A stretch of DNA of 64,000 nucleotides from Opitutus sp. GAS368 (GTDB lineage: Bacteria > Verrucomicrobiota > Verrucomicrobiia > Opitutales > Opitutaceae). The notes below the pieces were generated by a model. The model had not been told where the DNA came from and searched no databases. It saw only the letters and a program-made list of their open reading frames with translations. Location of the stretch: NCBI GenBank assembly GCA_945906965.1, contig CAMDRP010000001.1, positions 32,908 through 96,907 of the forward strand. Reading direction: 5' to 3'. Both the position numbers and the translations under genes were made by a program. Shown here in pieces: positions 18,680 to 31,000 of the stretch (its first letter is position 1; every line of letters begins with the position of its first letter).

Positions 18680-20161
18680 ATGAACATCCACCCGAGCAAG
18701 GAAGCCTTCGCGCGTCTCGTTACCCAAGGAAACGTCATTCCCGTTTACACGGATTTAATGGCGGATTTCGAGACCCCCGTATCCGCCTACGCCAAATTAA
18801 AAGAAGCCGGTCCCTCTTATCTGCTCGAATCTATCGAGGGCGGTGAACGCCTTTCCCGTTACAGTTTTATCGGCTGCCGCCCGCGCAAAGTTCTCGCCTG
18901 CGGCCCTGTCACCACCGAAATCCGCACCGCAGGTTCACCGTCCAAAACCGTCCCCACCCCCAAAGATCCACTCAGTTTGGTTGAGGCAGAAATGGCCGGT
19001 TATCGCCCTGTCACCTTGCCCGGATTGCCGCGTTTCACGGGTGGTGCCGTTGGATTTATCGGCTACGAATATGTCACTCGGATCGAGCCAAGCGTGCCGG
19101 TCGCTCCCGTCGATGAGCTGAAGATGCCGCTGCTCTATTTCATGTTTTCGGATTCGTTGCTCATTTTTGACCGGGCGAAACAGACGCTACGCCTGTGCGT
19201 CAACGCTCACGTCAAAGACGACCCCGCTGGCGCGTACGACGCTGCCGTGGCCGAACTGAACACGCTCTTCGAGTTACTGCGCAAACCTCGTGAACTGGCT
19301 CCGGCGCCCTTAATTGAGCCCGCCAAGGTCACCGTGCCGCCAGGCAACTTCACGCAAGCGCGTTTCGAGCACGCCGTCGAAGCCGGCAAAGAATTTATTC
19401 GTTCCGGCGACATCATTCAATTCGTGCCTTCGCAACGCTTCACTCGAGCCTTCGCCGGCACCCCGCTCGATCTTTATCGCGCCCTGCGGACGGTGAATCC
19501 GTCGCCCTACATGTTCATTTTGGATACGGGGGATTTTGCGATCGTCGGCGCCTCCCCAGAAGTGCACGTGCGATTGACGGACGGGCGCGTGGAAATCCGC
19601 CCGATCGCCGGCACCCGCAAACGCGGCGCCACGCCCGCCGAGGACGCGGCCTTGGAAACCGAACTTCTCGCCGACGAGAAAGAACGCGCCGAACACCTCA
19701 TGCTCGTCGATCTCGCGCGCAACGACATTGGCCGCGTTTGCACCTACGGCTCAATTACGGTGCCCGAGATGATGGTGGTAGAACGTTATTCTCACGTCAT
19801 GCATATTGTGTCTCAAGTCGAAGGCACGATCGCCCCGGGCCATACCGCCTACGATCTCATGCGAGCCACGTTCCCAGCTGGCACCGTTAGCGGGGCTCCT
19901 AAAATTCGCGCCATGCAAATCATTGCCCAAAGCGAGCCTTCGCAACGTGGATTCTATGCGGGCGCACTCGGTTACTTCGGCTACGATGGCAATCTCGACT
20001 CGTGCATCATGTTGCGCACCGCTCTTTTGAAAGACGGAAAGCTGCACATCCAAGCTGGTGCCGGTGTGGTGGCTGACTCGGTGCCAGCATCGGAATATCA
20101 AGAGACCGTGAGCAAAGCCTCGGCGTTACTAAAAGCCGCGGAAATTGCCTCGGGGTTCTGA
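18680..20161 (+). CDS. trpE: Anthranilate synthase component I
   Basis: 493 aa. Chorismate-binding domain motifs include RTVNPSPYMF, IAGTRKRG, DLARNDIGRV and GAGVVADS. Confidence 0.9.
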   Translation: MNIHPSKEAFARLVTQGNVIPVYTDLMADFETPVSAYAKLKEAGPSYLLESIEGGERLSRYSFIGCRPRKVLACGPVTTEIRTAGSPSKTVPTPKDPLSLVEAEMAGYRPVTLPGLPRFTGGAVGFIGYEYVTRIEPSVPVAPVDELKMPLLYFMFSDSLLIFDRAKQTLRLCVNAHVKDDPAGAYDAAVAELNTLFELLRKPRELAPAPLIEPAKVTVPPGNFTQARFEHAVEAGKEFIRSGDIIQFVPSQRFTRAFAGTPLDLYRALRTVNPSPYMFILDTGDFAIVGASPEVHVRLTDGRVEIRPIAGTRKRGATPAEDAALETELLADEKERAEHLMLVDLARNDIGRVCTYGSITVPEMMVVERYSHVMHIVSQVEGTIAPGHTAYDLMRATFPAGTVSGAPKIRAMQIIAQSEPSQRGFYAGALGYFGYDGNLDSCIMLRTALLKDGKLHIQAGAGVVADSVPASEYQETVSKASALLKAAEIASGF

Positions 20162-20357
20162 GCGTAGTCGCGACTGAAAATCGTGGGCAGCTGGGACGAT
20201 TTGAGCCCTCGCGTAGTCTTAGCTGCGCCATAATTACACGGATTTCGCTTACCCTAGCGCAACCAAACACCCCGCTTGCTCGTAGCATTGATTGGAACGA
20301 ATCCCGCTTATGTGGGATCCAACATACTTCGATTAACCATTAGCCCGTAATTCTTCC

Positions 20358-21428
20358 ATGCCCACCCAAGCAAAAACGCGCCGCGCTTCGTCCCGTTCAG
20401 AATCGGATTCAGTGGAACCTGCATCCACAGCAACCGTCAGCACCGTCGTCGATGCCCCGCCCTCGTTTTTGGAAAAATCTGAGCCTAATGCCGAGGCGCC
20501 CATCGCGCATGGTGAGCGGAGTAATCTCCAGCTTTATCTCCAAGAAATCGGGAAAACCCCTCTCCTCACCATCGAGGAAGAAATCACTTTGGCGCGCCGC
20601 ATTCGCAAGGGTAACAAAGCCGCGCGCGATCACATGATCTCCGCCAATCTGCGACTCGTGGTAAAAATCGCGATGGATTACAAAGACTTCGGCCTGCCCC
20701 TCCTTGACCTCATCAGCGAGGGTAACATCGGCCTCATCAAAGCTGTCGAGCGTTTTGACCCGCGCAAAGGGGGCAAGCTCTCCACCTACGCCGCATGGTG
20801 GATCAAACAATCCATCAAACGCGCCCTGGCGAACCAATCGAAGACTATTCGTCTACCGGTTCATCTCGTTGATAAAATTTCCAAAATGCGGAAGACCGCG
20901 ATGCGCCTATCCGAACAACTTGGGCGGGAGCCTTCGGACGAAGAGCTCGCCATTGAACTCCAGATTCCCACCTCAAAAGTAGCACATCTCAAATCTGTCA
21001 GTGTTCGGCCGGCTTCACTCGATGCGCCGGTGGGCGAGGACGGTGATTCCGGCACGTTTGGCGAAATCGTCGGCGACGAAAACGCCGTCAGTCCCTACGA
21101 AGGCCTGCGCGATCGCAATCAAAGCAGCGATCTCAACGCCATGGTGAATTCGCTCGATAAGCGTGAAGCCGAAATCATCAAACTGCGTTTCGGCCTAGAT
21201 GGACGCGATGAACTTACCCTCGAAGAAGTGGGGCGCCGTTTCAATGTGACGAGGGAACGCATCCGACAGCTCGAGTACCTAGCCCTCTCCAAGATGCGCC
21301 GGGCAATGACTCAACACGAATCCATCCGCACCGTGGAGGAGATCGAAGAAGAGGAACGCAATCGTCAGCGCATGGACGTGATTCGCGAGTTTATCGAGAG
21401 CAAGTCGGGCAACCGCTCTCTGAACTGA
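20358..21428 (+). CDS. Sigma-70 family RNA polymerase sigma factor, group 1/2 (RpoD-like)
   Basis: 356 aa. Regions 1.2-4.2 are readable (LQLYLQEIGKTPLLT; ANLRLVVKIA; STYAAWWIKQSI; TLEEVGRRFNVTRERIRQLE). There is no long region 1.1. A charged C-terminal tail is present. Confidence 0.85.
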   Translation: MPTQAKTRRASSRSESDSVEPASTATVSTVVDAPPSFLEKSEPNAEAPIAHGERSNLQLYLQEIGKTPLLTIEEEITLARRIRKGNKAARDHMISANLRLVVKIAMDYKDFGLPLLDLISEGNIGLIKAVERFDPRKGGKLSTYAAWWIKQSIKRALANQSKTIRLPVHLVDKISKMRKTAMRLSEQLGREPSDEELAIELQIPTSKVAHLKSVSVRPASLDAPVGEDGDSGTFGEIVGDENAVSPYEGLRDRNQSSDLNAMVNSLDKREAEIIKLRFGLDGRDELTLEEVGRRFNVTRERIRQLEYLALSKMRRAMTQHESIRTVEEIEEEERNRQRMDVIREFIESKSGNRSLN

Positions 21429-21472
21429 GCACGCCACCGCAACGAATTTTCTCTTAGTTCATAAGGAACGAA

Positions 21473-21497
21473 GGCCGGCTTCACGCCGGCCTTTTTT
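21473..21497 (+). terminator. Intrinsic terminator after the sigma factor gene
   Basis: Hairpin GGCCGGC-TTCAC-GCCGGCC followed by TTTTTT. Confidence 0.75.
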
Positions 21498-21536
21498 GCA
21501 ATGTCTGGTTCGTGCAGCTTGCGATTCGCTTGAGCA

Positions 21537-21569
21537 TAAAAAAGCCGCCCGAAAACATTCGGGCGGCTT
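21537..21569 (-). terminator. Intrinsic terminator after rpsA
   Basis: Read on the minus strand: AAGCCGCCCGAA-TGTT-TTCGGGCGGCTT followed by a T-run. Confidence 0.75.
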
Positions 21570-21615
21570 GAGGGATTCGCGATGCTGGCCCGCGAAGGAA
21601 TACTCGTGAGGCGAG

Positions 21616-23286
<1,671 letters not shown>

Positions 23287-23527
23287 ATGCGTAAAACCGG
23301 CAAAAGAGTCGCCTGCTCCTAGCTTCCCTCCGACCGGCAATGACCCCGCCGTAAAGCAGGGTCCTAGGTTGATGGTTGGACTAACGTTGAATGTTGGCGG
23401 GAGCATCGCGGCAACGCCAACATGGACCAAAACTGAACCGCGAACGGTCAGAATCCCCTGCTAAACGGCTTCGCCGCAAGCCCTAATTTGACGCGCAATG
23501 CAATTTATCCACAACGCAAGCCTCGGC

Positions 23528-23974
23528 TCAAGTTCCGCGCAAGGCCTGGTCGACCTGCGCGAAAAACGAATCGTAGAGCCCGTGCACCCGCAACGTCTTG
23601 CCCGTGGCCCCCGCCTTGAAGTCGCCTTCCAATAATTCCGTCAGACGCACATCGACATGCGTGCTCTGCGCATCGGCGCCATGCAGCCGAATTTCAAAAA
23701 TAAACTGGCGACCCGCTCCAAAACTCGCCGTGTCCCGAATGCTACTTTTGGCCTCCACGATTCCCTGCGCCAAGGCACTGCGTGTGACCGCAAAATCCAT
23801 CCGCTTGAGCGCTTTTTGGACCGCTTGAAACAGCGCTTTCTGATCCGCCGGATACTCGCGGGTCTGCGGCGGCACGGTATCAAAACGCTCAGCCATGCGA
23901 GCTGAAATCGATTCGCAGCCGCTAAAAAATAGACCAGCGATCAAGAGAGCGAAACCAAGCAAGAGCGTTTTCAT
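23528..23974 (-). CDS. Hypothetical lipoprotein
   Basis: 149 aa from the ATG at 23974. Signal peptide with lipobox MKTLLLGFALLIAGLFFSGC. The start overlaps the aguA stop (ATGA, 23971-23974). I do not recognise a family. Confidence 0.6.
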   Translation of the reverse strand: MKTLLLGFALLIAGLFFSGCESISARMAERFDTVPPQTREYPADQKALFQAVQKALKRMDFAVTRSALAQGIVEAKSSIRDTASFGAGRQFIFEIRLHGADAQSTHVDVRLTELLEGDFKAGATGKTLRVHGLYDSFFAQVDQALRGT

Positions 23975-25017
23975 TTTGGCTGTTGCTGCGAGATGCAATG
24001 CAGCGTCCCTAAGCCCCACACCAATTCGAGGCAATCTATCAGGATGATTTCTCGCCCAGGGAAACACGCCGCGAGCACCTCGGCGGCCGCAGCGTCGCGC
24101 TTGGGTTGACGGAATGCGGGCATCAATACCGCGCCGTTGATCACCAGAAAATTTGCATAACTAGCCGGCATCTGTTGGCCATCACACCAGCACGGCTTTG
24201 GCATGGGCAAAGCGACGACCTTGAATTTTTTACCCGCAGGCGTCCGGAGGGCGTGCAGCCTCTCTAAATTTTCGAGTAAAATAGGATAATTTTTATCCCG
24301 CTTATTGCTCTCCAAGACGGTGACAATGCCATCCGCAGAGAAAAATCGCGTCATGTCGTCGATGTGCCCATCGGTGTCGTCGCCGATGATCCCATCGCCG
24401 AGCCAGTGAATCGTATGGACGCCAAGAAAATCGCGCAGTGCCTGCTCGATCTCGGCCTTGGACATCGCAGGATTGCGATTGCGATTAAGTAAACAGGACT
24501 CCGTCGTGAGCAGCAAACCCGCACCGTTTACCTCGAGGGAGCCGCCCTCCATGATCATCTTTTTCTCGAAACGCCGAAGCCCAAGCGCAACCGCAATTTT
24601 TGGCGGGATCGTGTTGTCCAAATCATAAGGCGGATATTTACCGCCCCAGGCGTTGTGTTCCCAATCGGTGAGGGCGACTTCGCCCGTCTTGTCGTTCTTT
24701 ACAAAAATTGGGCCATGATCCCGACACCAAGCATCATTGGTCGGATGATCAAATAATGTTACCTTGGTGAGATCAGCCCTAGCTTTTTTGATCAACGACC
24801 ATGCCCGCTGGTGCAAGGCATGCGCGGCGTTGATGCGCACCTCTTCAAAACGGCTAATGTGCGCCACGATCTCGGCAAATTTCGCCGGAATAGGCCGGAA
24901 GTAACCAGGCCACGTTTTCAGATTGTGGGGCCATGAAAACCACACGGCTTCCTGCGGCTCCCACTCCGCCGGCATTCTAAAACCAAGTGTGGCGGGGGTC
25001 TTTTTTACGACAGCCAT
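23971..25017 (-). CDS. aguA: Agmatine deiminase
   Basis: 348 aa. PAD_porph-type motifs include MPAEWEP, WCRDHGPIF, DGHIDD and the C-terminal catalytic Cys context GTLHCISQQ. Confidence 0.85.
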   Translation of the reverse strand: MAVVKKTPATLGFRMPAEWEPQEAVWFSWPHNLKTWPGYFRPIPAKFAEIVAHISRFEEVRINAAHALHQRAWSLIKKARADLTKVTLFDHPTNDAWCRDHGPIFVKNDKTGEVALTDWEHNAWGGKYPPYDLDNTIPPKIAVALGLRRFEKKMIMEGGSLEVNGAGLLLTTESCLLNRNRNPAMSKAEIEQALRDFLGVHTIHWLGDGIIGDDTDGHIDDMTRFFSADGIVTVLESNKRDKNYPILLENLERLHALRTPAGKKFKVVALPMPKPCWCDGQQMPASYANFLVINGAVLMPAFRQPKRDAAAAEVLAACFPGREIILIDCLELVWGLGTLHCISQQQPK

Positions 25018-25020
25018 GGC

Positions 25021-25899
25021 TCAGTCGCTGAATCGCTTCGTGAGGTCGCCGTAAGCGTCGATGCGACGGTCGCGTAAAAACGGCCAGTGCGTGCGCGTGA
25101 CATCGACTTTGTCGAGTTCGATGGGCACCAGCATGACTTCTTCGCGATCAACACTAGCTTTGGCCAAAATCTGGCCACTCGTGCCCGCCACGAAACTTTG
25201 TCCCCAAAATTCGATCCCAGGCCCGCCGATGGGAGTTTCTTTACCGATACGATTAATCGCAGCGACATAACAACCATTAGCCACGGCGTGGCTGCGCTGA
25301 ATGGTTTCCCATGCACCGTGTTGGTTGACGCCATATTCGGCTTTCTCGTTGGGGTGCCAACCGATCGCCGTCGGATAAAATAGAATCTCCGCTCCTTGCA
25401 TCGCCGTCAGACGTGCACCCTCGGGATACCATTGGTCCCAACAGATGAGCACGCCGATCTTGCCGAATTTCGTATCCCAAGCGCGGAAGCCGGTATCACC
25501 CGGTGTGAAATAAAATTTTTCGTAATAGAGCGGATCGTCCGGGATGTGCATTTTCCGGTAAATCCCCAACAAGCTGCCATCAGCATCAATGATCACAGCC
25601 GTGTTGTGATAAAGACCTGAGGCGCGTTTTTCAAAAAGAGAGGCGACGATGACGACGCTGTGTTTCTTGGCTAGTTTTTGAAACGCCTTGGTGCTGGGCC
25701 CGCCGATTGGCTCAGCCAATTTGAAGTTCTCGTGATCTTCGTTTTGGCAGAAATATTGGGAGCGAAACAACTCCTGCGTGCAAATGATATTAGCCCCTTG
25801 CTTCGCGGCGCGTTCAGCCAGAGCGAGCGTTTTCTTAAGATTAGCCGCCGGATCGCCGGAACAGGCGTGTTGCAATAAACCGAGGATGACTTTGGACAT
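25021..25899 (-). CDS. aguB: N-carbamoylputrescine amidase (nitrilase superfamily)
   Basis: 292 aa. The CN-hydrolase triad context is readable (QELF; YRKMHIP; ICWDQWYPE). It lies directly upstream of aguA. Confidence 0.85.
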   Translation of the reverse strand: MSKVILGLLQHACSGDPAANLKKTLALAERAAKQGANIICTQELFRSQYFCQNEDHENFKLAEPIGGPSTKAFQKLAKKHSVVIVASLFEKRASGLYHNTAVIIDADGSLLGIYRKMHIPDDPLYYEKFYFTPGDTGFRAWDTKFGKIGVLICWDQWYPEGARLTAMQGAEILFYPTAIGWHPNEKAEYGVNQHGAWETIQRSHAVANGCYVAAINRIGKETPIGGPGIEFWGQSFVAGTSGQILAKASVDREEVMLVPIELDKVDVTRTHWPFLRDRRIDAYGDLTKRFSD

Positions 25900-25944
25900 G
25901 ACGGTAAAACAGGTTAAGAGCTCCAGCGTTGCGATGCGGCTAGA

Positions 25945-26805
25945 TCAGTAAACCACTTTGTTGAGCGGATATTCCACGATGCCTTCGGCCCCGAGTTCTT
26001 TTAGCAGCGGGATGATTTCGCGTACCACGCTCTCGTCGATGATGGTCTCGAGCGCCACCCAATCCGGATTGCTCAACGGTGAAATGGTCGGATTCCTCAG
26101 CGCAGGCATGCAGTTGACGATTTTATCGAGGGCTTTTTTCGGCACATTAAGTTTAAGCCCCACCTTGCTTCCGGCTTCGAGCGCGCCGCGCAGCAAGAGC
26201 GCGATCGTTTCGATTTTCTTGCGTTTCGCCGGATTCGCCCAGCTGGCTTTGTTGGCGATGAATTTCGTATTGGTTTCCAACAACGTATCCACGATCCGGA
26301 GTTTATTAGCCCGCAGCGAACTACCCGTCTCTGTGATATCCACGATGGCATCGACTAGATCGGGGACCTTAACCTCGGTGGCACCCCAAGAAAATTCAAT
26401 CTCTGCCTTCACACCTTTCGCTTCAAAAAAGCGTTTCGTGGTATTGAGCAATTCCGTGGCTACGCGTTTGCCCTCAAGATCAGCGATGGTTTTAACCGCA
26501 GAAGATTCAGGCACGCATAAGACCCAGCGGGATTTAAGCACGGATGCCCGGCTGTAAACGAGGTCCATGACCTCGACGACATCGGAGCCGTTTTCTTGAA
26601 TCCAATCAAAGCCGGTCAGGCCGCAATCGAAGAAGCCATGTTCAACGTAGCGACTCACTTCCTGCGCACGGACGAAACGTCCATCGAGCTCAGGGTCGTC
26701 GATGGAGGGTTTGTAAGAGCGCGAGCTGGTCGTTATTTTCCAGCCGGCCTTGGCAAACAGGTTCTTGGTGGATTCTTCGAGGCTGCCTTTAGGCAGGCCG
26801 AGCAT
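25945..26805 (-). CDS. hisG: ATP phosphoribosyltransferase (long form)
   Basis: From the ATG at 26805: [21 protein letters not shown]..., plus the [16 protein letters not shown] motif and a C-terminal regulatory domain. Confidence 0.85.
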   Translation of the reverse strand: MLGLPKGSLEESTKNLFAKAGWKITTSSRSYKPSIDDPELDGRFVRAQEVSRYVEHGFFDCGLTGFDWIQENGSDVVEVMDLVYSRASVLKSRWVLCVPESSAVKTIADLEGKRVATELLNTTKRFFEAKGVKAEIEFSWGATEVKVPDLVDAIVDITETGSSLRANKLRIVDTLLETNTKFIANKASWANPAKRKKIETIALLLRGALEAGSKVGLKLNVPKKALDKIVNCMPALRNPTISPLSNPDWVALETIIDESVVREIIPLLKELGAEGIVEYPLNKVVY

Positions 26806-26926
26806 GAGGAGCGGATTGGCGGACACGCGGCCAAGGGAGACGCGGCGACGCGCCCCTTCAAGCAAATTTCCGGCGCGAGACCGCCGTCATCACGCATCGA
26901 TCGGCACAGCCTCAAAGCGTTTTCGC

Positions 26927-27808
26927 CTAAAATAGCTCCGGCTGGCCATATCGCTGCCGCGCTTCCTGCAAAGCAGAGCGCATCTCCAACTCCTCGAGTA
27001 AACGATACAGTTCCTCCGGCGCCGGCGTGGGCTTGCTCAAGACCAAACTCGGCAAAGCCACATTCAAAGTGGTCAGCTTCAAGTTGCGCCGCAACTTATC
27101 CGCTTCGCTTGCCACCGCCGCCCGAAAACGCTCCGGTTGCAGCTCGGCCGCGTGTGTGATCACGCCCTCGAGACTCCCCCACTCGGCCAGCCACTTGGAA
27201 GCGGTTTTGGGACCCACGCCATTAATGCCGGGAATATTATCCGAGGTGTCGCCGACGAGCGCCAGATAGTCGGCGATCTGGGCGGGCGAGACGCCAAACT
27301 TTTCCCGCACTCCCGCCGCATCACGTACCTGCCAACCCAACTTCGGGTTCGCGGTCGGCGGCGGCAGTAAAATCTTAATCCGCTCATCCACAATCTGTGC
27401 GAAATCTTTGTCCGAACTCACAATCAACACCTCGTGCCCCGCCCGGGCCAACGCTACCGCTTCAGCTGCGAGCAGATCGTCGCTCTCTACGCCTTGTAAT
27501 TCGATGCCCACACAGCCGAGCGCGCGGGTCAAACTACGGACGTAGGGCAACTGTTTCGCCAGCGCCTCCGGCATCTCCTCGCGTTGAGCCTTGTACTCAG
27601 GATGAATCGCCAAGCGATCTTGCGCGCCGCCCAGATCAAAAAAAACCAACGTGCCTTCAGGCTTCTCCTGATCAGCGAGCTTCCAGATAGATTTCACCCA
27701 ACCGTGCAGCGCGTTCGTCGGAAACCCATCCGCGCGCGTTAACTCCGGGATCGCGAAGAAGCACCGGTAAGCCAGATTGTAACCATCAACGAGAAGCCAT
27801 TTTGCCAT
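26927..27808 (-). CDS. 5'-3' exonuclease / flap endonuclease (Pol I N-terminal domain-like)
   Basis: From the ATG at 27808: MAKWLLVDGYNLAYRCFFA, then the H3TH motif LVGDTSDNIPGINGVGPKTA. There is no polymerase domain. Confidence 0.85.
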   Translation of the reverse strand: MAKWLLVDGYNLAYRCFFAIPELTRADGFPTNALHGWVKSIWKLADQEKPEGTLVFFDLGGAQDRLAIHPEYKAQREEMPEALAKQLPYVRSLTRALGCVGIELQGVESDDLLAAEAVALARAGHEVLIVSSDKDFAQIVDERIKILLPPPTANPKLGWQVRDAAGVREKFGVSPAQIADYLALVGDTSDNIPGINGVGPKTASKWLAEWGSLEGVITHAAELQPERFRAAVASEADKLRRNLKLTTLNVALPSLVLSKPTPAPEELYRLLEELEMRSALQEARQRYGQPELF

Positions 27809-28020
27809 AAACGAAAGCGAAACAGGCGCGTCGGTCGCTGGCAAACCCACGTTATTTTTTCGGCGTCGCCTGATTCGAGATCTACGGTTCCACCGCTTGG
27901 GAGACCGAGATTTTCAGCAGCATTTAAGCGTATAAGGAACAGTGTTTAGTCCAATCTTTAGTCCTGAAAAACCGGCTAAGATCCAGATGAATTTCAGCCG
28001 AGTTTTCCATGGGGATCAGC

Positions 28021-31000
28021 CTAAGCGGAGGGCAAGCCGGCCGTAGCTCCGGCTCGCGCACCACTGACGGCCTCGGCAATATTGACCGTCGGTTTTTCCG
28101 CGATGGAATGCTCGTTATTAAAGTGCATCGAGACGGTTTTTGACACCCCGCGCTCCTCCATCGTCACGCCGTAGATCGCGCTTGCCGCTGAGACGGTGCG
28201 CTTGTTGTGCGTGATAATGATGAACTGCGACTCGCCGACGAATTTCTTCAACAGGTCCGTGAATCGGCCAATGTTGGATTCGTCGAGCGGCGCGTCCAAC
28301 TCGTCGAGCAAACAGAATGGCGACGGTTTCACCATATATAGAGCGAACAGCAACGCGACCGCCGTAAGCGTTTTTTGTCCGCCCGATAGCAGCGTGATGC
28401 TCTTGAGCTTGGTGCCCGGAGGTTGCGCGACGATTTCAATGCCGCTTTCGAGCACATCGTCGGTTGCGATCAATTCCAGAGCCGCGCGACCACCCCCAAA
28501 AAGCGTGTGGAAGGTGTACTCGAAATTCTTTTTGATCTGCTCAAAAGTGAGCGAGAATTGCTGTTGCGAGGTCAGGTTGATCTCGTCGATTGCCTTGATG
28601 AGCTCGGCTTTGGCGTTGGTGAGATCGTCGGTCTGCGTGCGCAGGAAGTCGTGGCGCTGTTTGAGCTCCGCGTACTCTTCGATGGCCACGAGATTGACCG
28701 CGCCGAGGCCGTTGAGCCGCGTGCGGAGCATGTCTATCTCCGACTTGGTCTCGCCCCAATGTATGTTTTCGAGCCCGGCCAGATCTTCGGGCGTGGGATC
28801 GGGCTTCGGGCCCTTTGGCTTACGGCGCCGTTTGATGGGTTCAGCGACTTCGCCGTCGGCGGCCATGGTTGCTTCGGGCGCCGGTGCAGGCGGGGCGGCT
28901 TCTTCGCCTTCATCCTCTTCGTCGAGGTCGAGGAGTTTCATACCCTCGGGTTCGCCGTCGGCGTGCCAATAGAAATGGCGCCAATCGAGCTGGGCGATAT
29001 TGGCCTGAAATTCGCGGGTGACTTCTTCGGCGATGAATTGAGCGCGTTGGCGGTCGCCGGCGAGTTTGATGTCGTGTTTGGCTAGGGCGGATTGGGCAGC
29101 CTCGGCGTCGCTGCGTAGCGAATGTTGCGCGGATTCTAGTCCATTGATCTCGCGTTCCACGTCGACCAGCTCGACGCGGATTTTTTCTACTTGTTCCTGC
29201 GCGATAACGAGAGTCTCGCCGAGTTGAACGGAGCGCGCACGCTGTCCGTCGGATTCACTGGCAAGTTCGCTGACCTGGTCGGTCCAGCTTTCAATCTCCT
29301 GCTGGCGTTGAACCAGAAGTTCGCCGAGCTGTTGGCTGCGGCGGGCCATTTCGCCGAGGCCGCGATCGAGGACTTCGACTTTTTGGCGACGCTCGGCGAG
29401 TTCGAGACGGGCTTGCGCGAGGGAGTCGCGTTTGACGTCGCGATCGGTGCGCAGCTCAACGATGCGTTTCTCGTCGTGGGCAATACGTTCCCGCTGGGCG
29501 ATCCCATCGGCTTCGGCCGTAGTGAGTCCGAGTTGGGCTTTTTCCCAACGAGCGTGAGCTTCGTTGCGCGCTTGTTCGAGCCCGGTGAGCTCGTTTTCCA
29601 TGCGACGTAATTTGGAGATGATTTCTTCGGCGTTGCGCTGAGCGTTGCGTTGTTCGGCTTGAACCGCGGCGACAGTTTGCGTGATCGCGAGGATTTCGGC
29701 GCGACGTTGCTCGAGCAATTGCTCGGCCTCGGCGAGGCGGGCGTTTAACGCGTCGATTGCGAGTTTCTGCTCGTCATGGAGACGTTGTTCGTCGGCGAGG
29801 GCCTTGGCGGTTTCGCGCAGATCGATTTCGCGTTGAACAATACTGTTGGAGGATTTTTTCGAGCCGTGATAACCGCCGTAAACGAGGCCGCGGCGGTCCA
29901 CGAGGTCACCCTTGCGCGTCGCGACCGCCAGGAAAGCAAAGCCGGGATTCGCGCGCCAAAACTCCAAGAAAGCCGGAAGGTCATCGGCTATGTAACAGCT
30001 GCCGAAAAGCGCGAGCGCGGGGTGGCCTTCGATATCCGAACTGACGGCGGTCGAAGCGGAGATCAGCCCCGCGGGTAATTCGTAGGCGGCTTCCTGGCGT
30101 ACGCCGCATTCGGTGATGCGTAGGATAGCGGAGCCGATCTGTTCGTTTTCAAGCTGCGCAAGGATGCGCTGGGCGGTGCTGAGATCGCTGACGCTGATCG
30201 CTTCGGCGGCGGAGCCGAGGATGGCTTCAACGGCTTTGCCGAACTCGGGTTTAACGTCGAGTCCCTGGGAAATTGGCGAGGCTTTCGCGCCATTGAGCGC
30301 GGTTTCGAGCCGGCCTTGAAGAACTGCTTTGGCCCCTTCGCCGAAGCCTTCCCAACGTTCTTGAAGTTGTTGGAGCAACTTGAGGCGCGCCGTGCGCTGG
30401 GCGAGTTGGCGATCGATTTCGGAAAGTTTGCGCTGAGCTTCGCGGAACTCGCTGGTGAGTGTCGTGATTGCCTGCTGGGCGGTCACCGATTCGCTGTGCG
30501 CGCGGGATTTTTCACCCAAGGCCTCTTCCGTACGCGCGTCGAGTTCGGCGACTTGCTGCGCGGCGGCGGCCTGCTGTTGGCGGATGGATTCGATTTCTTG
30601 GGCAAGGGAATCGTGCCGATGCGCGCTGGTCTTTTGATCCACCTCGTAACCCGAGCAATCCGTGCGCAGTCGCGCTACGATGCTCTCAAATTGGAGGAGC
30701 TGGAATTTCGCTTGCTGGAGGTCTTGCTCAATCTTCGTGAGTTCGCCTTCAACGATCGCGAGCTCACGGTTGCGTTGTTGGAAGACGGCGTCGCTGCTGC
30801 CGAGAAGGCCGAGCTCGTGTTGTTTATCTTGCGCGGCGGTGTCGCCTTGGGCGGTGACTTCGCGCAATTGCATCTCGAGTTCGCCGAGATTGCCGCGGGA
30901 AGAACCGAGGCGATCCTCGAGGCCGGCACGACGGATGTGCGCGAGATTGGCGGCGTTTTCGGCGGCTTCTTTTTGCGAGCGCACGTCGTAAACTCCTTGC

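Noticed and set aside
20294-20320. tRNA T-arm-like string (GGAACGAATCCCGC) in the trpE-sigma factor spacer.
   Set aside because: There is no matching acceptor or anticodon stem and the T-stem is not self-complementary. The local hairpin ATCCC...GGGAT does not fit a cloverleaf.
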